Of a stretch of DNA of 64,000 bases, positions 25,601-36,599 are shown piece by piece. Position numbers and translations under genes: made by a program. The notes beneath the pieces were generated by a model. The model saw nothing but the letters and a program-made list of their open reading frames with translations, made no database searches and was not told the DNA's origin. The stretch lies in the NCBI GenBank assembly GCA_030390025.1, contig CM059432.1, forward strand, positions 117,120,001-117,184,000. The letters run 5' to 3'. Source of the stretch: Squalus acanthias (lineage: Eukaryota). Every line of letters starts with the position of its first letter. Position 1 is the stretch's first letter.

Positions 25601-26031
25601 GTGCCCTCTGTAATGTGCAACCAGGCTGTGTTGATCTCCTGGGGAGCCCTCTTCCGCCCATGGGAAGGGAAGAGGACCGTCCTATGTGTTGTGACGCCCT
25701 CCATAAGCATTTGGAGGGAGTCATGGGAGAGCCTGGGTGCAGCCATGCACCTTGGTGCAGTCATTGTCAGTGTTTGCAGCACCTCAATGCTGTAGAACAC
25801 TGACAGCACAACTGTCAAAATAAATTTGGACATGGACCCTTTAAGGAAACCGGCGATGTCATGCCATCAAAGGACGTCACCAGACCCGCTTCCTCTAATG
25901 GGCCGGGAAACGTCTGGTCGGGCTTAACAAGCCCAATCAAGGGAAATTCATTTCGGACAGCGGGCTGCAGCCAGCAGCGGGGTCGGGACCCGCCACCGAC
26001 ATCGCCCGCCGAGGTCAGCAAAATCCCTGCC
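22697..26031 (-). mobile_element. Non-autonomous Myb-bearing Harbinger interrupted by an RTE LINE
   Basis: TIRs GGCTGGAATTTTG / CAAAATCCCTGCC; ATA TSD; Myb remnant ORF 25573..25833; homologous to 2290-4073. Confidence 0.87.
23890..25445 (+). mobile_element. 5'-truncated RTE-clade LINE
   Basis: ESQCGFRPLRGTMDMIF, TGVKQGCVITPTLF, LLYASETWT, RWTGHIVRM, C-terminal HIGLISHLRTH; (GAA)n tail; AGGAGCAG duplicated at both ends. Confidence 0.9.
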
Positions 26032-26411
26032 ATAGAATGACATCGAATTTACCGCACAGAAACAGGCCAATCTGCCTAACTGGTCTGTGCCGGTGTTTAT
26101 GCTCCATACAAGCCTCCTCCCACCTTACTTCATCTCACCCTATCAACATATCCTTCTATTCCTTTCTCCCTCGTGTACTTATCTAGCTTCCCTTTAAAGG
26201 CATCTATGCTATTCACCTCAACTACTCCTTGTGTCAAGTTCCACATTCTAACCATTCTCTGGGTAAAGAGGTTTCTCCTGAACTCTTCATTGGATTTGTT
26301 ATTGACTATCTTATATTTATGGCCCCTAATATTGTATCCCCTGCCCCCCACAAAAGTGGAAACATCTTCTCTACGTCTACCCTATCAAACCCTTTCATAA
26401 TCTTAAAGATC
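26032..26411 (-). mobile_element. Host CR1 3' end (piece 1 of 5; other pieces 26856-26877, 36044-36222, 39572-39932, 43656-44045)
   Basis: ORF 26130..26351 (RGHKYKI...FTQRMVRMWN); the pieces join into a continuous CR1 once inserts are removed. Confidence 0.85.
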
Positions 26412-26860
26412 TTAGCTATAAGGACAGGTTGGAGTAGCTGGATTTGTTTTCATTAGAGCAAAGGAGGTTGAGGGGTGATTTGATAGAGGTGTACAAGATT
26501 ATGATGGGTTTGGATCGGCTATACGGGGAAGGCTGTTCCCACTAGTTGATGGTACAAGGACTAGGGGAGCCAGATTTAAGGTTTTGGGCAAGAGATACAG
26601 GGGGGACGTGAGGAAAAACTTTTTTACACAGCGAGTGGTGAGGACCTGGAATTCGCTGCCGACAGACGTGGTGGAAGCGGAGACACTCAATGTTTTCAAG
26701 GGGAGACTGGATAGGCACTTGAGGGAAATAAACTTGCAGGGCTACGGGGATAGAGCGGGGTAATGGGACTTACTGGATTGCTCTACAGAGAGCCGGCACG
26801 GACTCGATGGGCTGAATGGCCTCCTTTGGTGCCGTTATGACTCTATGACTATGACTCTAT
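26412..26860 (+). mobile_element. CR1 3' fragment with (GACTCTAT)-like tail
   Basis: AGGTTGAGGGGTGATTTGATAGAGGTGTACAAG...TTTTTTACACAGCGAGTGGTG CR1 ORF2 end. Confidence 0.88.
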
Positions 26861-27019
26861 CAGGTCACCCCTCAGCATTATGAACCCCTCAGTCATATGG
26901 ACCTCGGCTTGTGAGAACTGGGAAGACTTGGTCGACCGCGTTTGATCATCGCTAAGACTGGTTAGGGAACTCTGAGAGAGAGAGAGGGAGCATGTCAAAT
27001 AAGTGAAAACAGAGATATA

Positions 27020-28638
27020 ATGGCATTGGCATATCACAGGGAACAGTTGATAGATAGCCTGACAGAGAAAACAGGCACACCTGGGGTGATGGACATTCTA
27101 AAAATCTTAGAAGAGTGTGATGGGAACTATGATTGTATTCTTGACAGGCTCTCTGAGGATGTCCAGAAACGCAAGCTTAAGCTGAAAAAAGACCAAGATA
27201 AGTTGGCCTACAGACCACAGTTAAATAGGAAAAACAGAGAGTTAAAGGAAGAGGTAGACAAGCTACAAAAAGAAAGTGAAGGTTGGCAGGAAAGCATTGC
27301 CATCCTGCACAATCAGTTACGGTGAGAACAGGAAGCGTATGATGGAGCGCGTTATACACAGAAAAAGCTGGAACAAATACTAGAACAAAATATCGAGATA
27401 CAGGCGGAGAATACCAGGCTAGGTGAGGAGTTAGAAGATGCGAGGGGGCTCTGACGGAGTTAGACTGGCGCCAAACCATCACCTCCCCGAAGCAGACCAC
27501 ACCACGTGTTTAGCGAAAATCCGACAGCTTCAGGCACAAAGCGGGCAGTGGTGGCTGCTGTCTCCAAAACCAAACCGAGAGATCCCGGCCCTTGGGACAA
27601 CATAGTTGAGGACCTCTGCTCCGCGTCCACCGTACAAGGATGGCACAGCAAATGAGACGCTACCAGTGTGTGTGGTCACCTGAGCCAATGCTGCATGCCA
27701 GCCTAAGCAACAGACTGACCAAGAGGCGGGCAACAGCCAATCCTACTCGACCGCTAATGACGAGGCCCCTTACCGCAGTTGAGGTCAGAGTGTTAAAGGA
27801 TGACCTAGGGATGGTGGACATGAACACCAGCCCCCTTGACCTCAGGCAGCGGTGGAGGATTTTTAAGGTCACTAAGGAACTACAAGGGGGCGACCTTAAT
27901 CAGGTCCTCCTGGCTGCTTGTTCCTCAGAATTAAAACAAGAGGTGGATCAGGAAATTCTGGGTGAGGGCGCGATACAGGATATTGAGATAGACCTATGTA
28001 GAACACTAGTGGAGGAGGGCATCGACTTCCACCAGCTCCTGGCTAATACCAAGCAGGGCCCTACCGAAAGCCCGAATGCCTTCGCGCATAAGCTCCATGA
28101 CATCTTCCAGCACACTAGGGATGGCAGAGGGGACAACTTTAACTCCCTGGGCTTCAAAACCCTCTTTTTGAACGGCCTCCAACCATTAGTCCGTAACGCA
28201 CTGGGCATTTATGTCTCCAAAGGCACACCCTGGGAACAACTGCGCACCCATTCTGGGACTGCTTGGGAGCAGACCCGTGCCAATATTATCAGAGTACCCA
28301 CCAAAGTTAAAATAGTGGCCATCGAGGGCCCACTACCTGGACAGAAATCAGGGCCATCTAAAACCCCTGTGCCAGAGAAGAGTGTCCCAGTACGCTGCTC
28401 TCTTTGCAATCACCTAGGGCACTATGCCCATTACTGCTGCAATAAGCGCACTATTGAGACTGACAGCGACGGCGAATCCCACTATTCTCCAAGACAGACG
28501 GGTCCTGACTCAGTCGAGCAGCAGCCGGAGAGTATGGAGGCAGAGATAGGGGCCATGCAGATTAGCCAGGGGGCTCGACTGGTTGCCGCGGTGCATCAGC
28601 AACCCGAGAAAACGGCTCCTCCTCCACCTCCCCTGTGA
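27020..28638 (+). pseudogene. gag: Gag: N-terminal coiled coil, capsid-like region, one CCHC zinc knuckle
   Basis: ORF 27020..27325 (NRELKEEVDKLQKE heptads); ORF 27640..28638 with KQGPTESPNAFAHKL (MHR-like), FLNGLQP and CSLCNHLGHYAHYC. Confidence 0.85.
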
Positions 28639-31600
28639 CTCCTGCAGGCCTCTCAGCGAGAGATGACTTCTCCTCTCCGATACGATAGTGGAGGGAGACC
28701 GGTAGTCTGCACTGTTGATCCTGGAGACCATCAACAATGAACATTAGTCGACTCCGGCTCCTCCGCCACCATCATTCACAATCCCCACCCCGACCCTACG
28801 AAGGGCGTGCCCCAAGTTTTATCTGGCTTTGACGATTCAACCCAGACAACTATACAAGGATACCTTCCCTTAGAGCTAGTCATAGACGGGGTTCGAGTCA
28901 CAGTCCTGTCTCCCATCTATATGGCCATGCATAACGAGTAGGGACTACTGGGTAGTGATGTGCTCAAAAGTTATCGAGCAGTGATTGATTATACCAACAA
29001 TTTTATCTGGTGGAACCTTAAAAATGGAACCCCTCTGTCTAGCACGCACTCTGCGTTCGCGATTAAAAATCAGAGGAGTACGGGCCTGCCACCTCTGCTC
29101 ATCCAGAGGTACAGGCAATCCTAGAGTTGGTGCCGGGTGTATTCGCAACCCATAAACATGATTGCGGAAGCATGACCGGACCTGAAGAAATTACCGGACC
29201 GCTACATGCTCCCGTGAAGCAATACTCTTACCCAGCCAAGAGTATACCGTATATTCGAGCAAGCATCGAGTCATTGTTAAAGCAGGGTGTTGTTCGCAAA
29301 GGCACGTTCACGACCAACTCCTCAGTTTGGCTGGTTAGAAAACCGGATGACAGCTGGCGACTGACTATTGACTATCGTAAACTCAACTCAGTCACCCCCG
29401 CGTGTGCTCTAGTGGTTTGGGAGACACTCACCCTACTCTCCCAGATTCCCAATGGCAGTACTGTCTTCTCCACCTTCGATATCTCTTATGGTTTTTGGAG
29501 TATCCGAGTAAAACAGGGGAATCAGTTCAAATTTGCATTTACCTTTGAGGACCAGAGTTATACCTGGATGAGCTTGCAGCAAGGGTTCGATAATGCCCCC
29601 ACTATTTTCCACAAACGTATGGCAGGGGTCCTAAAGAGCTTTTCACAGCCCTCCTGCTTGCTTCAATAAGTTGATGGTCTTCCTGCTTGCCACCACAGGC
29701 CGCATCCAACATTTAACCCTCTTACAAGAACTATTGCGGCTACTTGTGGGAGCCAGACTGAAGTGTGAAGGAAATAGCCATATTCCAAGAAATGTATCAT
29801 CCTATAAACAGATTTGATAATATTAAAACATGACAAACTGGGATTAAAAATCTAAAAGCCTCAACGACACAAGCCGTAAAGCAGAAATGCATGCTTCTGA
29901 GATAAAGATCAGTTGTTAACAAAGTTGTAAACATCACAAGCATTGAAGTGGGAAATGTTTGTAAATACAAAGACATGGCCCTATTGAAACAGTAGGCTGA
30001 AAGTTCCTCTATGTCTGAACATTGGAACCAACACAATGAAATACCCAAGTAAAGTGTCAAAATTTAACACGTCGAACAGGTGCACAGAACATTAAAAAAC
30101 AAGTGCCTTTGAAAAAATGACATCAAGTAAAAGAAATACCTGCCGTAAAATAGTTTTATGTTAAACTTAGAAACAGGAGACATGATTCTTAATACAACCA
30201 ATTGAAGTAAATAAGAAATGCATGGAACACCCCAGATGAAGTGTTTACAAGTTGTAAAAGGTACAACTAGGAAGGCTTTGAAAATATAATATCAATAGAT
30301 GACACCAAGCAATTACATTGTGTTTGTATTGAAAATGGAATAGTTAGGAGACACGACGCCTGGCTTACAAGCAGTTAAGTGATATTAAGAATTCAATAGA
30401 AAGACTTCCTAAGAATAGCATCAAATAGATAAATCGATAATAACCATAAAAATGATAAGTTTTTGAACACCTAAAGGTAGAGACACAAGTCTGGTTGCAA
30501 CAGTTGAATTGACAGTAAAGAATAGAAAACAATTCAATAGAGTATCACTAGAGACAATTAGCTTACATCAGCAGAATACTTCAAAGAAAATACCACTAAA
30601 AAAGAGTATAAAAATAAGAGCTTTTCAGATGAAAAGTCAGAAGTCGCTGGGAAGGCAAACGTTTCTCAACTTCACAGGCACGCTCTGTAAGTTTACAACT
30701 CTGAGTCTCGGGTAATCAAGGTATTTGATTTTGGTGGATATTCTGGATTAAGAAATAAGTAGAAGTGTGGAAATGTAACAAAGTTAAGATTTGAGAATAA
30801 GGATCTCTGATAAGAAATGTAAGCTATTTGTATTTTGAACGGTTAAAGTTGCGATTGCCATAACAGCTGTTAACTAAATGCTGGTTCTTTAATAAATCTA
30901 TATAATTTTAGAATTATCTCACAGAGTATTTCTGTATAAACTCGTGAACTCAATTTCTGTATACTCAAAGGAGTTGCAGAATTCTGGGGGGTATTCCGAA
31001 CCCTCATAATATCCAGAAGGTTGCAGTCTAGTTAAACTTATTAAAAGTGCTATCTTCACATCGTTCCTTTCCTTTAGGGAGAGGTAGTCTGACCTTTAGA
31101 CCCAATTAAACGTCTTATAGAATTCGGCTATCTTCAACTTTAGTTGAAGGTGAACGTCTGGGGAATATGCCTGATCTGGGGTAGCCCGAAAAGGGCTAGG
31201 ACTTGTAATTATCCCTTCAGAAGGTCCACCCGTGTGAGGCCCAATTGGCACAAGATTGTGTCACCTTTTTAGGCGTCCGGATTGGATCGTCTGGCATCAG
31301 CCCAGACCAGCTTAAGGTTGAGACCATCCAACGTCTGCCCTTGCCCACCTTGAAGACTGCCCTGTGTTCTTTTCTCGGGCTGGTGGGGTATCAGCGGAAC
31401 TTCATCCCTTGATTCGTGGAGACTGAGGCACCACTTTATGAACTACTTAAAGGTGATAGCGACCAGGTCCAACTCGGTTGGACTGAGGGGTGCACAGAAG
31501 CAGTAACACAATTAAAGACAGCTGTCATCCAGGCCATATGTCTTATCTCACCTAATCCCGACAAGCCCTTCCTCATAGAAGTGGGAGCCACAGAGAAAAC

Positions 31601-33718
31601 CCTGGCTGCCATCCAATGCCAAGAAAACCAGGGCAGATTACTATCCATTGCGTATGCTTCCAGAATCCTAAGGGGGGCTGAACTGACTTACGCTGCCTGC
31701 GAAAGACACCTGTTAGCCACGTTCTGGGCTGTCAAACCTGCATCACGGGGTTCAACAGAGTGATACTGCACAGTCCACACACTCCCCTGAACCTGCTGCT
31801 CCGACCAAGTGACACACTAGTGTCATCAGCTCGGCTGAGCCATTGGACATTGGAACTGACTCAACGCGACTTGGAAGTCACTCCCAAACAAACTACTTTG
31901 CTGCCTCAGCGTCTCCTGTACAACAGACCCCTGCATGAATGTCCCTTTCCCCCCGTTAGACTTCAATACCCCTTCGGTCCGGGCAGGACTGATTAAAGAG
32001 GCACTGGATGCCTTCATCGAAGGCTCATCATTTCACAAAGACGGCAAACTGCGTACCGGGCTCGCCATCATCCTACCGAACGAGATTATTCAGCACAGAT
32101 GCATCCCTCACTCTGCACAGTACGCTGAGGTGGCTGCACTCGTCACTGTCATCCAAGTTACCAGTTTTCAAAGCATTAACATTTGGTCCGACAGTGCCTA
32201 TGCTATCAACACCCTGCTGTCCTTACCATTGTAGGCGCAGAATAATTTTTGTACTACCGACGGTAAAGCTTTGCTGCACGCCATCTTATTTTGGATCCTA
32301 GATGCGGTATTGCGAGAGTGAATGGCGCCCGTCTATGTAGACAAAGTTATCGCACACTCCCGGTCCACAGAACCACTCGCCAAGGGTAATTCTACGACAG
32401 ACAAGGCCGTAAAGCAAGCTGCCATAGATGCCCCTATGTGGGAAAAGCCCCAGGAACCCAACACGCTACCTGTATCAGCTGTAAGCCTGGTCAATGACCT
32501 AGCCTCCTTGCAAGCCGCATATGACCCTTACTCAGTTGTCATCGCATGGCACCAACAGCGCCAGCCGTTGCCGGTCCCGACGCCTTGGGCCCAGCTCACC
32601 TCCCTCTACCAGGATGCAATTGGCACCCCGCCACCCATCCTTATGTACGGTGACACCCCTGGTGTTTGCGTTGCCTGCGTCCCCCCCGGCTATGGGAGAC
32701 GAATTATTTGAATTATTGCATACTCACCCCGTAGGAGGTCATTATTCAGCAAAGACCACCCTGGAGAAACTATCCACCATGGCCTGGTACCCGGGCTGTG
32801 AAGGAGAGTTTGAGACCAGAACTCAGAGGTGCCTTTCATGTCTCCAGCATAATCCGGGCAATCATTCCAATGGGGCACGATTGCAACAACACCCCCCTCC
32901 CCCCCCCCCACCGCCAGACGGGCCCTGGATGCACATTCGGATAGGCTTTATAGGTCCTCTTGCCACGGCGCCCTCGGGCTACAAATATTGTCTGGTTCTG
33001 ATAGATCAACACCGTCCTCACAGCAGCAACACTACTATTGTGTGAGGTGGTCTGCGGACGGGGAATGCCAATCCAGGTAGATAGCGACCAGGGCTCACAC
33101 TTTACCGGGAAAATCTTCTCAGAGCTCCAACAACTCATGAAAATCACCCATAGGTTGCACGTGGCACATCACCCACAATCATCAGGGGTGGTGGAAAGGG
33201 GCAACCGAACCCTTAAAACAATGCTCCAAAAATTCAGTGCAGACCGCCCCACACAATGGGTTAACATGCTACCCATGTGCCTGATGGCCATGAGAGCAAC
33301 CTAACAGAGCACCACAGGTATTTCACCTTGCCTAGCTATGACGGGACGGTTAATGAGGACGCCTGCCCACCTCCCCACTCCATCTCTCACCCCACTGTTA
33401 CAGAAATGGCTAGAGTCAATGATAGACCACATTTGGAAGACCAATGAGTTCGTGGCCTGGCACGCCGGGAAAAATCAACAACAAATCAAAAAATACTTTG
33501 ACAAAAAGGTTCAGACATTTGAATATTAGTTGGGAGATGTGGTCATGGTCCTAAACAATCTAAAGAAGGAGCATGCCTTTGAACCTAAGTGGGTGGGACC
33601 CTGTCCAATTGTGGACAGAGCCAGCCCCACTGTGAACTTGGTCCAGATCCCAGATAAAAAGGGGACAAAGAAACCCAAATGGTACCAGATCAATTAGTTC
33701 AAAACTGTAAAAGAATAA
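28639..33718 (+). pseudogene. pol: Pol: aspartic protease, RT, two RNase H domains, integrase; split by a solo LTR at 29764-31219
   Basis: LVDSGSSATII (28744); WRLTIDYRKLN, QGFDNAPTIF, LQ*VDG (decayed YVDD, 29667); IAYASRIL..E..Y; FIEGSS..SAQYAE..SDSAY; HTHPVGGH..CLSC; SDQGSHF, HPQSSGVVERGN; KWVGP. Confidence 0.93.
29764..31219 (+). mobile_element. AT-rich solo LTR of a second element inserted in the ERV RT, 1456 bp
   Basis: TG(TGAAGG)...(CCTTCA) termini; 4-bp TSD GAAG (29760-29763 / 31220-31223); removal restores ARLK|VHP in pol; AATAAA at 30891. Confidence 0.85.
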
Positions 33719-33753
33719 ATACTCCACAATTTCTGTTTGCAGATTGACACAGG

Positions 33754-35233
33754 ATGGCACCGCTGAAGGTCGTGATAGAACTGACAGTACTCATCGGCGT
33801 CATGCAGCCATGGTCATCATCATAAAGCGAGGATTGACCTTACGGCCCACTAATACGACCACACAGAACAACCGCGAGAATCAAGACGACATTTGGGAAA
33901 TCCCAGAGGACAGGTGTAATATGACTGTCCATTGTACTTATTGTGGCTGAGAAAGACCCAGCACCGACAAACCACCCGTGATACGGGTACAGGATGGAGA
34001 AGGGTTGAAGGTAGCGTGCCAATGTACTAAAAATTACATCAGGGTAACACCAAGGTTCCAATTGGGAAATGGAAAATGGGAAGACTTCGGGTTCGGATTC
34101 ATGAATTTGGTCAGGATCACCCCAAAAAGAATAGGGGTCCCATACCTAGGAAAACACAAGGATACCCTAAACTGGCCAAAGATGAGTAAACGGCATCAAG
34201 GAATGGTGGGATGTTTTAACATCGACCCCTTGGGCAAAAACAATCCAGGCACAAGGCAAGGAATAATTCAACAAATTAAGATACGGAAAAAGGAAGGCCA
34301 GGGAAGGAATAGCACTAGAATAGAAGAATGGCCACTGCTGGAAAAAGGGCCAACAAGTGGATTAGTGGTCACCCGCACTTATAAACGGCTATATAATGAT
34401 GTAAGGTACGAGATAGTGCCTGTCACACTCCACTTCGGGAACATCCCCCTCCCGCAAGGGTTAAGTCAAACGGGGTACTGAGTGTACTTTGATCAGCTAG
34501 TAGAAAAGACGGTGAAGGATTTTCTAGCAAAGAATCAGGCACAAGACAATTGGGGATCGTGGGATGCTGCTGTGATGTAAGAAATCTGGGAAGACCAGCC
34601 TGTGGCTTCAACCTGGATTCAGAGTCGCCCACCTGTGACATGAGCCTCCAGAGGTGGGGAGAAAACAGCATAAAATATGCATACCTTCAGAAGGGAAAAT
34701 ACTGCGTTACGACCAATGCTAGGATAATGAAACATGGGAGCAAGTAATTCCCTATTCGGGATCCTACTTTCTGTTTTAAGCCTACCCAAACGACTATGAT
34801 AGGGAGTCATGTCCTGTTTCCCGTCTCAACCCACAACATCACAGAGCTGAGAAAAAACATCTCCATGCAAAACAAAGCCCTTAAGGCTGTGGCCCAGTTT
34901 GGCCAGTTTGGCCACACGATTGCCCCCGCTGTCTTAAACCTTGAGTCAAATTTAGGCAGAACCTTGGAAAAACATCTGGTTAAGATGGCTCAACAAAATG
35001 AGGAAATAGAGCAGGAAAACCAGAATCTAGGAGAATGAGACTGCTATGAATCAGTCTACAATGTTAGCCAAATTCCCTGGTTGAGAATGCTTGCTCTATT
35101 CTTGGTGACAGCTCAAGGGTTTGTGCTAATGATTCTGATGATATTGGTATGTTACCTGCGGCGTCTGATCAAGGATTTAGGGAAACGGGCTGATAACTTA
35201 GAAATAGCTAGATTAGTCAAGAGCCGATTGTGA
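33754..35233 (+). pseudogene. env: Env-like type I membrane glycoprotein, decayed and apparently internally deleted
   Basis: Splice acceptor TTTCTGTTTGCAG (33742) just before the ATG; hydrophobic leader; Cys-rich ectodomain; heptad-like stretch; TM segment MLALFLVTAQGFVLMILMILVCYL followed by RR; stop just upstream of the PPT. Confidence 0.8.
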
Positions 35234-35271
35234 GAAGTCAATAAGGATATTTCCTTCTCAAGGTGGGGAAT

Positions 35272-36043
35272 TGTAAGAAATCATGAATTGTAAGAAATTG
35301 GGAATTGTAAGAAATAATAGTCTTATAATAAAATACGGGTTTCCCTAGCTTAACCGTCTGCCTGAGTTGATGACACAGAACAATTCTAATCATGTCAGAT
35401 AAAGATTTTCACAGAGAGCTCGTTACAAGGACATAACACAGAACAGGCCTTCAAGTAGGTTTGGCTGGGCCTGATAAGAGGTTGAGTAAGGAGCCTCATG
35501 ATAAACAAACTGTCCAGGAGAAGGTAGCAAGATGTCCAAACAAGAGATAAGCAGAGAGATGATCTCATGAGTCTGGGAGGGGTTTGCCATAGGTACCTAA
35601 TCCTCTGTAATTGGACAATTGAATGGGTAAAAGTGATTAAACAAATGATTGATGCGAGGTATCCACCGGCCCCCCGAAATAAGGTATATAAACGAGCAGC
35701 CGAAAAGGAAAAATAGACAGAGAGGGGAAGAGCTTCCCCGAGGTGGATTCATGCTAGCTTCAGTTTAACACCTCCGCCAGCCTCGGGAGATGATCAAAGA
35801 GGAAGAGACCACTGCCGCAGGCTGCAGGGATCCATCCGAGACCACCGTTCTGCCTCAACGTCCGTCCGCCTGTTCCAGGGCCGGTAAACCGTTCTCATCT
35901 GTTATGGGTCGTATGTCTACTATGTCTATCCTGAGTGCGTGTTGTATTTGATTATATTTGAACTGCCGCTCCTTAATAAAATGACCTATGACTCCTAAGA
36001 CCCTTTGGGTAATCTGTGTGTAACCTGTGATTCAACTCTCACA
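35272..36043 (+). mobile_element. 3' LTR of the ERV (772 bp)
   Basis: PPT AAGGTGGGGAA at 35260-35270; TGTAAG...CTCACA termini; TATATAAA at 35685; AATAAA at 35975. Confidence 0.9.
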
Positions 36044-36287
36044 GCCTTCTCTTTTCTAGAGAAAAGAGCCCCAGCCTGTTCAATCTTTCCTGATAGGTAT
36101 AATCTCTCAATTTTGGTATCATCCTTGTAAATCTTTGTTGCACCTTCTCCAGTGTCTCTATATCCTTTTTCTAATATGGCGACCAGAACTGTGCACAGTA
36201 CTCCAAGTTTGGTCTAACCAAGAAATAACAACAGAAAACGCTGGAAAAGCTCAGCAGGCCAGGCAGCATCCGTGGAGAGAGAAAGAG

Positions 36288-36324
36288 AGTTAACGTTTCA
36301 GGTCGATGACCTTTCATCAGAACT
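36288..36324 (-). ncRNA. Minimal type I hammerhead ribozyme (3' terminal repeat)
   Basis: AGTT-CTGATGA-AAGGTC ATC GACCT-GAAAC GTT-AACT: conserved core, stems I and II, palindromic stem III. Confidence 0.88.
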
Positions 36325-36599
36325 GGGAAGAGCCGGAAATCAAATAGATTTAAGGCCAGGGTAAAGCTGGGAAAAGGGGGAGGGGATAAAGGAACAAAGG
36401 GGGAGATGAAGAGACATAGAGGCATTAAGAGATATGCAAGGCTAGAGGTGGTGTTAATGTGACAGATTAAGGCTGAATGAAGTGTGAAATCCACTGGCAG
36501 AATGAAGGACAGCTGCCAGCTTCTAGGAGGAAAAAAAAGGTGGGGGGGGACAAATAAAAGGGTGGATAAAATAAAATATAAATGTGATTGGAGCTGAGG

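Larger units (their letters stand above)
26878..36043 (+). mobile_element. Decayed endogenous retrovirus (gag-pro-pol-env-3'LTR), lokiretrovirus-like; 5' LTR and PBS missing
   Basis: Domain order Gag(CCHC)-PR-RT-RH-RH-IN-Env-PPT-LTR; flanked by contiguous halves of a CR1. Confidence 0.9.

Noticed and set aside
32891..32915. Poly-proline insert in the integrase
   Set aside because: A C-homopolymer expansion in a dead copy; similar G-runs occur at 17752 and 39965
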